Below are positions 10,037 to 17,998 of a DNA stretch of 53,075 bases, piece by piece (the stretch's first letter is position 1; each line of letters opens with the position of its first letter). Origin of the DNA: Vitreimonas sp. (lineage in GTDB: Bacteria; Pseudomonadota; Alphaproteobacteria; Caulobacterales; Aquidulcibacteraceae); the NCBI GenBank assembly GCA_035546515.1, contig DASZWS010000125.1, positions 1 to 53,075 on the forward strand. Direction: 5' to 3'. The position numbers were made by a program, and so were the translations under genes. The notes beneath the pieces were generated by a model that saw only the letters and a program-made list of their open reading frames with translations, ran no database searches and had not been told where the DNA came from.

Positions 10037-11937
10037 CGGCGATGCAGCGGCTGGTTTGGAGTTCTTTGTCGAAGGGTGAACGCCAAGCGGCGTTGGCGCG
10101 CCCTGCGCAACGGCGGGATGCGAACGTTGTTGAGACGGTGCGGCGCATCTTCGGCGATGTTGAACGCGATGGCGAAGCGGCTGTGGCGCGCTGGTCGAAG
10201 GATATCGACGGGCGTGCGGCGGACGTGCTCGCGTTGACGGGCGCCGTCGTCGATCGCGCAAGAGCCGCACTCGCGGCGGAAGATATGAAGGCGATCGAAT
10301 TCGCGGTCGACAATGTCAGCTTCTACCACGAGGCCACGGCGCCGAAACCGCAGGTCGTTGAACCGGCGCCCGGCGTGCGCTGTACGCGGCTGTGGCGCCC
10401 CATTGAGGCGTGCGGGCTCTATGTGCCGGCCGGCTCCGCGCCGCTGGTCTCGACCTTGATCATGCTCGCGGCGCCCGCGCGCGCCGCGGGTGTGCCGAAC
10501 CGTGTGCTGGTGAGCCCTTTGAAGGGCGATGGCGAAACGCATCCGGCGCTGATCGTGGCTGCCGCGCTCTGTGGCGTCGAAAGGATTTATCGCGTCGGCG
10601 GCGCGCAGGCGATTGCCGCGCTCACGTTCGGCGCCGGCATGCCGAGGGCGGACAAGATTTTTGGCCCGGGCAACGCCTATGTCGCAGAGGCGAAGCGGTA
10701 CGCGGCGAGCTTGCCGAACGGCCCCGCGATCGATCTGCCTGCGGGACCGAGCGAACTGATGGTGGTCGCAGATGCGGGCGCCGACCCGGCGTTGGTGGCT
10801 GCGGACTTGCTGAGCCAAGCGGAGCACGATGCGGATGCGCAAGTGGTGCTGGCTTCGACATCGGCGGAATTGATTGACCGCGTGCAACACGAATTGGAGC
10901 GGCAAGTGGCGACGCTCCCGCGCGCAGCGATTGCGCGCGCGTCGCTGGCTCAATCGCGGGTCTTTGAGGTCGCGAGCATCGACGCCGCTATTGAAGTTGT
11001 GAACGCCTATGGGCCGGAGCACCTTTCGTTGCAGGTCGCGAAACCGCAGCGCGCGATCGAAGATATTAGAAACGCAGGCGCGGCGTTCGTGGGCGCCTAC
11101 AGCGCCGAGACGTTCGGCGACTACGTTGCCGGACCCAGTCACGTGCTGCCCACTGACGGCGCGGCGAAAACATGGGGCGGGGTCACGACGGCTTCGTTCA
11201 TGAAGCCCATTAGCGTTCAGCAGCTCGACGGCGAAGGAGCGCGCAAGCTGGCGCCGGCCACGGCGCGTCTGGCGCGACTGGAAGGCCTGGAGGCGCACGC
11301 GCGCGCCGCCGATATTCGGCTTGAACGCAATGACGACGCGCCGACGGGGCCTGTGATCCGCCGCCGCCGCGCGGAGCTCGTGCGCGAAACCAAGGAAACC
11401 ACGATCGCTGTCACCGTGGATCTCGATAAGCAAGCGTCGGCCAATATCGGCACCGGCGTGGGCTTCTATGATCACATGCTCGCCCAGGTCGCCCAGCACG
11501 GCGGCTTTGCGCTCGATTTACAGTGCAAAGGCGATCTGGAGATCGATGCGCATCACACGATCGAGGATTGCGCGCTGGCGTTCGGGCAGGCGCTGAAGCA
11601 AGCGCTTGGCGAGCGGCGCGGCATCGCCCGCTTCGGCTTTCTGCTGCCGATGGACGAAACCGAGGCGAAGGTGTCCATCGATCTCGGCGGACGGCCCTAT
11701 CTCGTGTTTGAAGGTACCTTCGCGGCGCCTTTGCTTGGCGCCTATCCCACCGAGATGACCGAGCATGTCTTTCGCTCGCTCTCGCAAGCGATGGGCGCAT
11801 CCATCCACATCGCCGTGACCGGCGAGAATGACCACCACAAGACTGAAGCTTGCTTCAAGGCCTTTGGCCGCGCGCTCCGTCAAGCGATTGCGATAGAGAG
11901 TGACGCGCTGCCCTCCACCAAGGGCGTCATCGAATGA
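10033..11937 (+). CDS. hisD-hisB: Fused histidinol dehydrogenase / imidazoleglycerol-phosphate dehydratase
   Basis: About aa 1-432 carry HisD motifs (GLYVPAG, DKIFGPGNAYV, AGPSE, SQAEH, PEHL, SHVLPT); about aa 443-634 carry IGPD motifs (RETKET, IDAHHTIED, NDHHKTEACFKA, PSTKG); one reading frame. Confidence 0.92.
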   Translation: MTAMQRLVWSSLSKGERQAALARPAQRRDANVVETVRRIFGDVERDGEAAVARWSKDIDGRAADVLALTGAVVDRARAALAAEDMKAIEFAVDNVSFYHEATAPKPQVVEPAPGVRCTRLWRPIEACGLYVPAGSAPLVSTLIMLAAPARAAGVPNRVLVSPLKGDGETHPALIVAAALCGVERIYRVGGAQAIAALTFGAGMPRADKIFGPGNAYVAEAKRYAASLPNGPAIDLPAGPSELMVVADAGADPALVAADLLSQAEHDADAQVVLASTSAELIDRVQHELERQVATLPRAAIARASLAQSRVFEVASIDAAIEVVNAYGPEHLSLQVAKPQRAIEDIRNAGAAFVGAYSAETFGDYVAGPSHVLPTDGAAKTWGGVTTASFMKPISVQQLDGEGARKLAPATARLARLEGLEAHARAADIRLERNDDAPTGPVIRRRRAELVRETKETTIAVTVDLDKQASANIGTGVGFYDHMLAQVAQHGGFALDLQCKGDLEIDAHHTIEDCALAFGQALKQALGERRGIARFGFLLPMDETEAKVSIDLGGRPYLVFEGTFAAPLLGAYPTEMTEHVFRSLSQAMGASIHIAVTGENDHHKTEACFKAFGRALRQAIAIESDALPSTKGVIE

Positions 11938-12530
11938 CGACGGCGGTGGTCAAGCTCGGCGTCGGCAATACCGCATCGGTGATGTCTGCGCTGGAACGGC
12001 TGAAGACGCCGGCGGTGCTGACAGACGATCCCGCGCGCATCGCTGAGGCGGAGCGCGTCATTCTGCCCGGCGTGGGCGCGGCAGCGCATGCGATGCGCTT
12101 GCTGAGAAATAAGGGGCTGGGCGATGTGATCGCGCAGTTCGCGCGACCACTGCTGGGAATCTGTCTCGGCCAACAATTGCTTTACGACTGGAGCGACGAG
12201 GGCGACGCCGAGGGCTTGCATCTGTTGTCGGGCCGCGTCACCGCGCTGCCTGCCTCACGCGCTGCGCCGGCGCCGCACATGGGCTGGACGAGGCTTAACC
12301 GCGCGAAAGATCACGCCTTGCTCGAAGGTGTTCCCAATGAGGCATACGTGTACTTCGTGCACTCTTACACCTGTCCGCTGAGCGCGGCGACGCTGGCGAC
12401 GGCGACGTATGGGGCGACGTTCTCGGCCATTGTTGGTCAGGGCAACGTGTTCGGCTGCCAGTTTCACCCGGAGCGCTCAGGCGCAATTGGCGCGCGCATT
12501 CTGCAGAATTTCCTGAGCCTGCCATGCTGA
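11934..12530 (+). CDS. hisH: Imidazole glycerol phosphate synthase, glutaminase subunit
   Basis: ILPGVG, LGICLG, YFVHSY, QFHPERS. Confidence 0.96.
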   Translation: MTTAVVKLGVGNTASVMSALERLKTPAVLTDDPARIAEAERVILPGVGAAAHAMRLLRNKGLGDVIAQFARPLLGICLGQQLLYDWSDEGDAEGLHLLSGRVTALPASRAAPAPHMGWTRLNRAKDHALLEGVPNEAYVYFVHSYTCPLSAATLATATYGATFSAIVGQGNVFGCQFHPERSGAIGARILQNFLSLPC

Positions 12531-13246
12531 TCTATCCGGCAATCGACATGATGGACGGCCGCTGCGTTCGGCTGGCGCTCGGCAAATTCGATCAAGCGAC
12601 CACTTACGGCGAGCCCGCGGCGCAACTGGATGAGTTTGCCGCCAAGGGCGCAACTTGGGTGCACATTGTCGACCTCGACGGCGCGCGCGAAGGCAAGCCG
12701 GTGCAACATGCTGCGTTGCGAGAGTTGGCGCGGCGAAGTGATGTCAAGATTCAGTGCGGCGGCGGCGTGCGCGCGCGCGAAGATGTGGAGCGCCTGCTCG
12801 ATGCGGGTGTTGCGCGCGTGGTTGTCGGTTCGGCGGCGGTCACGCGGCCAGCCGAGGTCCGCGAATGGATTGCGCCGTTCGGCGCCGAGCATGTCTGTTG
12901 TGCTTTCGACGCGCGGCCCACCGGAGCCGCCTTCGAAGTCGTCGTACACGGCTGGACCGCTGGCGGCGGCATGAGCTTGACTGAGGCGCTGGCGTTATAT
13001 CCGTCGGGGACGTTGCGGCACGCGCTGGTCACGGACGTATCGCGTGACGGTGTGCTCAGTGGTCCAAACGCAGCGCTGATGACGTCGTTGGCGCAAGCGC
13101 GGCCGGATTTGGCGCTGCAGGCGTCCGGCGGTGTCTCGTCGTTTGCGGACCTGCGGACGCTCGCGGGCGCCGGCGCTGCCGCGGCTATAGTTGGGCGCGC
13201 GCTCTATGAGAAGCGCTTCACGCTGGAGGACGCCCTTGCCCTCTAG
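12524..13246 (+). CDS. hisA: ProFAR isomerase
   Basis: IYPAID..GRCVRL, HIVDLDGA, QCGGGVR, TDVSRDG, ASGGV. Confidence 0.95.
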   Translation: MLIYPAIDMMDGRCVRLALGKFDQATTYGEPAAQLDEFAAKGATWVHIVDLDGAREGKPVQHAALRELARRSDVKIQCGGGVRAREDVERLLDAGVARVVVGSAAVTRPAEVREWIAPFGAEHVCCAFDARPTGAAFEVVVHGWTAGGGMSLTEALALYPSGTLRHALVTDVSRDGVLSGPNAALMTSLAQARPDLALQASGGVSSFADLRTLAGAGAAAAIVGRALYEKRFTLEDALAL

Positions 13247-14003
13247 GCGCATCATCGCGTGTCTCGATGTGAAGGACGGCCGCGTGGTCAAAGGCGTGCG
13301 CTTCGAAGGGCACGTCGACGCGGGTGATCCGCTCGACCTGGCGCTGCGCTATCGTGATGAGGGCGCCGACGAGATCGTCATTTATGACATCGCCGCCTCC
13401 GTGCAGCAGCGCACGCTCGATTACGATTGGCTGGCGCGCGTGGCGCGGCAACTGGATGTGCCGCTCTGTGTGGCCGGCGGCATACGCACGGTGGCCCAGG
13501 CGGTCGCCTGCCTTGAGCACGGCGCGGACAAGGTGTCCATCAATTCGCCGGCGCTGGAACGTCCAGATTTCATCAACGAATTGGCTGAGATCGCCGGCTC
13601 GCAATGCGTTGTGCTTGGCGTCGACAGCCGCGAGGAGAATGGCGCGTACGTCACCTATCAATACACCGGCGACGCTGGCGCCATCCGCAAGACGCCGCGC
13701 AGAACCATGGAGTGGATCGCCGAGGCGCAAACGCGCGGCGCTGGCGAGGTGGTGTTGAATTGCATGGATCGCGACGGCACGCGCGACGGCTACGACGTGA
13801 AGCAATTGGCCGAAGCGCGCGCGCTGCTCACGGTGCCGTTGATCGCGTCCGGAGGCGCGGGCGCGGCGCGGCATTTTTCCGAAGTGTTTGCCGGCGCCGA
13901 TGTTTCAGGGGCATTGGCGGCAAGCGTCTTTCACTTTCGCAAATTGAGCGTTGGCGACGTTAAGGACGCCGTCGCGGCCGCGGGGTTTGAGGTGCGCCGA
14001 TGA
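13236..14003 (+). CDS. hisF: Imidazole glycerol phosphate synthase, cyclase subunit
   Basis: RIIACLDV..GRVVKGV, GADKVSINS, GAGEVVLN.MDRDG, IASGGAG; TTG 13236 follows GGAGG. Confidence 0.95.
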   Translation: MPSRRIIACLDVKDGRVVKGVRFEGHVDAGDPLDLALRYRDEGADEIVIYDIAASVQQRTLDYDWLARVARQLDVPLCVAGGIRTVAQAVACLEHGADKVSINSPALERPDFINELAEIAGSQCVVLGVDSREENGAYVTYQYTGDAGAIRKTPRRTMEWIAEAQTRGAGEVVLNCMDRDGTRDGYDVKQLAEARALLTVPLIASGGAGAARHFSEVFAGADVSGALAASVFHFRKLSVGDVKDAVAAAGFEVRR

Positions 14004-14635
14004 GTCCGGACGAAATAGCTCGCGTCGATTTCGACAAAGGCGGCGGCCTCGTGCCGGCAATTGTGCAGGATGCGGCGACGCTGCAAGTTCTGATGCTTGC
14101 CTACATGGACCGCGCCGCGCTGCAGGAGACGTTGGACAGCGGCGAAGCGACATTCTTTTCCCGTTCGCGCGGTGGGCGTTGGCGCAAAGGCGAGACGTCT
14201 GGCAATCGCATGAAGGTGAAACGCGTTGCGCTCGATTGCGATGGCGACGCGCTGCTGGTTCTGGCGGCGCCGGGCGGTCCCGCCTGTCACCGCGACACCG
14301 TAACCTGCTGGGGCGACGACCCGGCGATCGGGGTCGGGCAGCTCGCGGCGTTGGAGCGTACTATACAGGCGCGTGCGGCAAGCGGCGCCGAACACAGCTA
14401 CACAGCAAAACTTCTCGCGAAGGGACCGAAGCGCATCGCGCAGAAAGTCGGTGAAGAAGGCGTCGAGACCGCGCTGGCGGGCGCCGCGGGAGAACCCGGT
14501 GAAATCTGCGAGGAGGCGGCCGACCTGCTTTATCACTTGAGTGTGTTGTTGTACGCTCGCGGGCTCAAACTCGACGATGTGATGGACGTGCTGAAGCGTC
14601 GCGCGGAGGGCAAGAATGTCAGCGCCGGCGCCTAA
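14000..14635 (+). CDS. hisIE: Bifunctional PR-AMP cyclohydrolase / PR-ATP pyrophosphatase
   Basis: KGETSGN, DCDGD, GPACH (HisI); SYTAKL, QKVGEEGVE, ADLLYH (HisE). Confidence 0.95.
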   Translation: MSPDEIARVDFDKGGGLVPAIVQDAATLQVLMLAYMDRAALQETLDSGEATFFSRSRGGRWRKGETSGNRMKVKRVALDCDGDALLVLAAPGGPACHRDTVTCWGDDPAIGVGQLAALERTIQARAASGAEHSYTAKLLAKGPKRIAQKVGEEGVETALAGAAGEPGEICEEAADLLYHLSVLLYARGLKLDDVMDVLKRRAEGKNVSAGA

Positions 14636-15695
14636 AGCGACGATTCTGCAGATCGAGCCCTACAGGGCCGGACGCGCCACGGCGCCCGGCTTTGCTTCAC
14701 CGATCAAAATTTCAGCCAACGAGAATCCGCTCGGCGCCAGCCCTAAGGCGCGCGCGGCCTACGTCGAAGCGGCTAACCGTCTGCATTTCTATCCGGATAC
14801 GCGCGCCAACGCATTGCGCGAGGCCATCGCCGCAAAATACAAGCTCGATCCGGTGCGGCTCATTTTTGGCACCGGTTCCGACGAACTGTTTTCGATGGTC
14901 TGCCAAGCGTATCTCTCGCCGGGCGATGTGATGGTGCAGCCGCAATGGGCGTTTGCGGCTTGGGCGATTGCAGCGCGCGCATCGGGCGCTGTGGTGCGTG
15001 CGGCGCCGGAGCGCGACTATCACGTCGATGTAGATGCGATGCTTGCTGCGGTAGATGCCTACACCCGCGTCGTGTTCGTCGCCAACCCGGCCAACCCCAC
15101 CGGCACGCACATTCCTTATTCGGAAATCGTGCGCTTGCATCGCGGTTTGCGCTCTGACGTCGTGCTTGTTCTCGACGGCGCCTACGCCGAGTTCGCGCAG
15201 GAGCCAGATGATTTCAGCTTGGCTGATGCGCCCAACGTTTTGATCACCCGGACGCTCTCCAAGCTCTACGGATTGGCGTCGTTGCGCGTGGGTTGGGGGT
15301 ACGGCCCGCCTGACATGATTGAAACGCTCAATCGCATTCGCTTGCCGTTCAACCTGAGTGTCCCAGCAATTGCGGCGGCGACGGCGGCGTTGTCGGATGA
15401 AGCGTTTGCCGCGCGCTCGATCGCGCACGCGGTGGCCGGACGCGAGAAAATTGCCAAACTCGTAACCGAGCTCGGGCTTGTCGCCATTCCATCGGCGACC
15501 AATTTCGTCACGGCGCGCTTTCCGACGGACGGCGCCATCGCCGCTTCGGCAGCCACTGCGAAACTTGCCGAGCGCGGCGTGCTGGTGCGGGGCCTTGTAC
15601 CGTACGGCATGGCGGACTGCATTCGCATCAGCGTGTCCACCGACGAGGACTGGCCCGCGGTGGAAAGCGCGTTGCGGGCTGTGATCGAGCGCTGA
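14616..15695 (+). CDS. hisC: Histidinol-phosphate aminotransferase
   Basis: SANENPLG, GTGSDE, ANPANPTG, DGAYAEF, RTLSKLYGLASLRVG (PLP lysine). Confidence 0.92.
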   Translation: MSAPAPKATILQIEPYRAGRATAPGFASPIKISANENPLGASPKARAAYVEAANRLHFYPDTRANALREAIAAKYKLDPVRLIFGTGSDELFSMVCQAYLSPGDVMVQPQWAFAAWAIAARASGAVVRAAPERDYHVDVDAMLAAVDAYTRVVFVANPANPTGTHIPYSEIVRLHRGLRSDVVLVLDGAYAEFAQEPDDFSLADAPNVLITRTLSKLYGLASLRVGWGYGPPDMIETLNRIRLPFNLSVPAIAAATAALSDEAFAARSIAHAVAGREKIAKLVTELGLVAIPSATNFVTARFPTDGAIAASAATAKLAERGVLVRGLVPYGMADCIRISVSTDEDWPAVESALRAVIER

Positions 15696-15728
15696 CGCGC
15701 TTCGCCTTGCGCGCTAGACGCGGCGGCG

Positions 15729-16430
15729 ATGCTGCGATTCTTTCCCGCGCACGACAGTGAGCTGGCCCGTCGAGTCGCTGGCGGCGCCTTGGTGTTCCTG
15801 GCGGTCTTGGCGTTCGCGCTGATCATGGCCGAGCCACATCGCGCCGATCTGACGCCACCTGCTTTGCGCGCGGATCGCATCCTCGCCTTTCGGCAAGATG
15901 CGAACGCTTGTCGCGATGCGCTTGCCTCGGCGCAATTCGCAACTGTTCCAGTGCCAAATGTGAGCGGACCGGGGGCGTGCGGATATAGCGACGCCGTAGA
16001 GGTAGCGACCAGCGTTTACCCCGCGTCGCAACCGATCCCTTCAAGTTGTGCGTTGGCCGCGGGCTTGATGCTGTGGGAGCGCGATGTCGTAGCGAAAGCA
16101 GCACAACAACGCCTGGGCACAACGGTCACCGAAATTGAAATTGCGGGTGCGCCGTTTCAATGCCGGCCGATTGCCGGACGGCGCGATCATCGCTTGAGCG
16201 AGCATGCTTATGCCAATGCTATCGATATTGGCGGGTTCAAACTTGCCAATGGCCGCGTCGTCACGATCGCCCAGTCCTGGCGGCGGGGATCGGACCAGGA
16301 GAAGGCCTTTCTGCGTGACGTTCGCGGCGGTGCGTGCCGCTATTTCCAGGCCGTATTGTCACCCGACTACAATCGCGACCACGCCAACCACCTGCATTTC
16401 GATCTGGGCCGCGATAAAATCTGCCGCTGA
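15729..16430 (+). CDS. Extensin-like family protein
   Basis: N-terminal TM segment; CR..SEHAYANAIDI.GF.LANG; AC.YF..VLSPDYN.DHANHLHFD. Confidence 0.85.
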   Translation: MLRFFPAHDSELARRVAGGALVFLAVLAFALIMAEPHRADLTPPALRADRILAFRQDANACRDALASAQFATVPVPNVSGPGACGYSDAVEVATSVYPASQPIPSSCALAAGLMLWERDVVAKAAQQRLGTTVTEIEIAGAPFQCRPIAGRRDHRLSEHAYANAIDIGGFKLANGRVVTIAQSWRRGSDQEKAFLRDVRGGACRYFQAVLSPDYNRDHANHLHFDLGRDKICR

Positions 16431-16530
16431 ATCCGCCGTCCGGCGGCGTTTCGGCGCCCGTCCAATATGACGCGCTTGCCCCCGCCCGCGGGGCGGCTTA
16501 ACCGGACCGGAACGCCCAGGAGCAGGTTTT

Positions 16531-17181
16531 ATGGATTTCGCGCGCGCCCGCGACTTGATGGTGGAAAGCCAGGTCCGCACCAATGACGTGACCGAGCCGC
16601 GGGTCCTGCACGCCATGCGGACGCTGCCGCGCGAACGTTTCGCACCGCCGCAGAAGCGGACATTGGCTTATGGCGATTTGGAGCTTGAGGTGGCGCCGGG
16701 CCGCGTGCTGATGCGTCCGCGCGATCTTTCGAAGCTGATCGTCGCACTCAATCCACAACCAAATGAGCGGGCGCTGGAGATCGCCGGCGCCACAGGCTAT
16801 GGCGCGGCGGTGTTGGCGGCGTGCTGCAAGCAGGTGCTGACGCTCGATCCGGATCCGAATTTGTCCATCACAGCGGGTGCGGCGCTGGAGAGCGCCGGCG
16901 TCACCAACGCCAAGGCGGTGTCGATGCCGGCGACGGAGGGCTGGCGCGATGAGGCGCCGTACGACGTCATCATGCTCAACGGCGCCGCCGAGGTCGTTCC
17001 GGAAGCGTGGTTTACGCAGCTTGCGCCGGGCGGGCGGCTTGGTGTGATCGTGCGCGCAGGCGCGGCGGGCAGCGCGCGCATCTACACGAAGAGCGGCGAC
17101 ACGGTTGCGTACCGCATCGTCTTCGACGCGGCGCCGCCGATCGTGCCCGGCCTGGAACGCAAGCCTTCGTTCGTGTTCTGA
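16531..17181 (+). CDS. pcm: Protein-L-isoaspartate O-methyltransferase family
   Basis: ARDLMVESQVRTNDV, PRERF, LEIAGATGY, APYDVI, QLAPGGRL; AGGAG RBS. Confidence 0.85.
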   Translation: MDFARARDLMVESQVRTNDVTEPRVLHAMRTLPRERFAPPQKRTLAYGDLELEVAPGRVLMRPRDLSKLIVALNPQPNERALEIAGATGYGAAVLAACCKQVLTLDPDPNLSITAGAALESAGVTNAKAVSMPATEGWRDEAPYDVIMLNGAAEVVPEAWFTQLAPGGRLGVIVRAGAAGSARIYTKSGDTVAYRIVFDAAPPIVPGLERKPSFVF

Positions 17182-17387
17182 GACATCATCGCTGAAACGG
17201 AACGATGCGCGACAGCGCGTCGTATTAACTTCCTCTTATCGTGTGACGCAGAGCATGCTCGTGCAAACACGCGGCTGATTCCGTTCGCGTGCGTATGTCT
17301 GCAACGTGCAGACGCCGCGAGTGGACGGGACTCACCGCCAACCATAACGTCACGGGTCATAACGACTCGGAAGTCGCGAGGCTCGAG

Positions 17388-17897
17388 ATGGCGCTCCAAG
17401 ACCCGCAAGCTGAACCGTCAATGGAAGAGATTTTGGCGTCGATCCGCCGGATCATCTCCGAGGAGGAGCAGCCGGCGGAGCCCGTGCTCGATCTGACTGA
17501 ATCACACAAGGAAACGCCTGTGCCTAAAGCCGCGCCCGCCGCCGACGACGATTTGGTATTCGAAGCGGTGGAAGCCGCGCCGGCGCCGGCGCCGGCTGCG
17601 CCCCAGCCGATGGCTGCAGCGCCCGCGCCGAAGCCGATGCCAGCGCCGATGGCGGCTGAACACGCGCCCACCCCTGAGACGATCATCTCGCCGCCGACGG
17701 CTTCCGCCACCGCCGGTTCGTTGGCGCGTCTAGCGGGCTCGCTTCGTATCTCAGATTCGCCGAACCAGTCGGTCGAGGGTGTCGTGCGCGAGTTGCTGAA
17801 ACCGATGCTGAAGGAATGGCTGGATCAGAACCTGCCGGCGATCGTGGAATCGCGAGTTGAGGCTGAGCTGGAGCGGATCGCCCGCCTGGCGCGGTAG
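17388..17897 (+). CDS. popZ: Polar organizing protein PopZ (DUF2497)
   Basis: EPSMEEILASIRRIISE N-terminal helix, Pro/Ala/acidic linker, VRELLKPMLKEWLDQNLP C-terminus; lies upstream of valS. Confidence 0.93.
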   Translation: MALQDPQAEPSMEEILASIRRIISEEEQPAEPVLDLTESHKETPVPKAAPAADDDLVFEAVEAAPAPAPAAPQPMAAAPAPKPMPAPMAAEHAPTPETIISPPTASATAGSLARLAGSLRISDSPNQSVEGVVRELLKPMLKEWLDQNLPAIVESRVEAELERIARLAR

Positions 17898-17921
17898 TCG
17901 ACGGCTACAGCAAATTTGCAG

Positions 17922-17955
17922 GCGCCCTGGCGAAAGCCGGGGCGCTTTCATTTTT
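17922..17955 (+). terminator. popZ terminator
   Basis: GCGCCCTGGC-GAAA-GCCGGGGCGC followed by TTTCATTTTT. Confidence 0.8.
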
Positions 17956-17998
17956 GCCCCTCTCGCAATGCAGCATGTGCCGCTGCTATATGCTCGGC

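Noticed and set aside
9529-11499. 656-aa minus-strand ORF (also 6264-7535, 37327-38853, 36026-37264 and similar)
   Set aside because: Antisense shadows of well-supported genes, expected in high-GC DNA; no recognisable motifs
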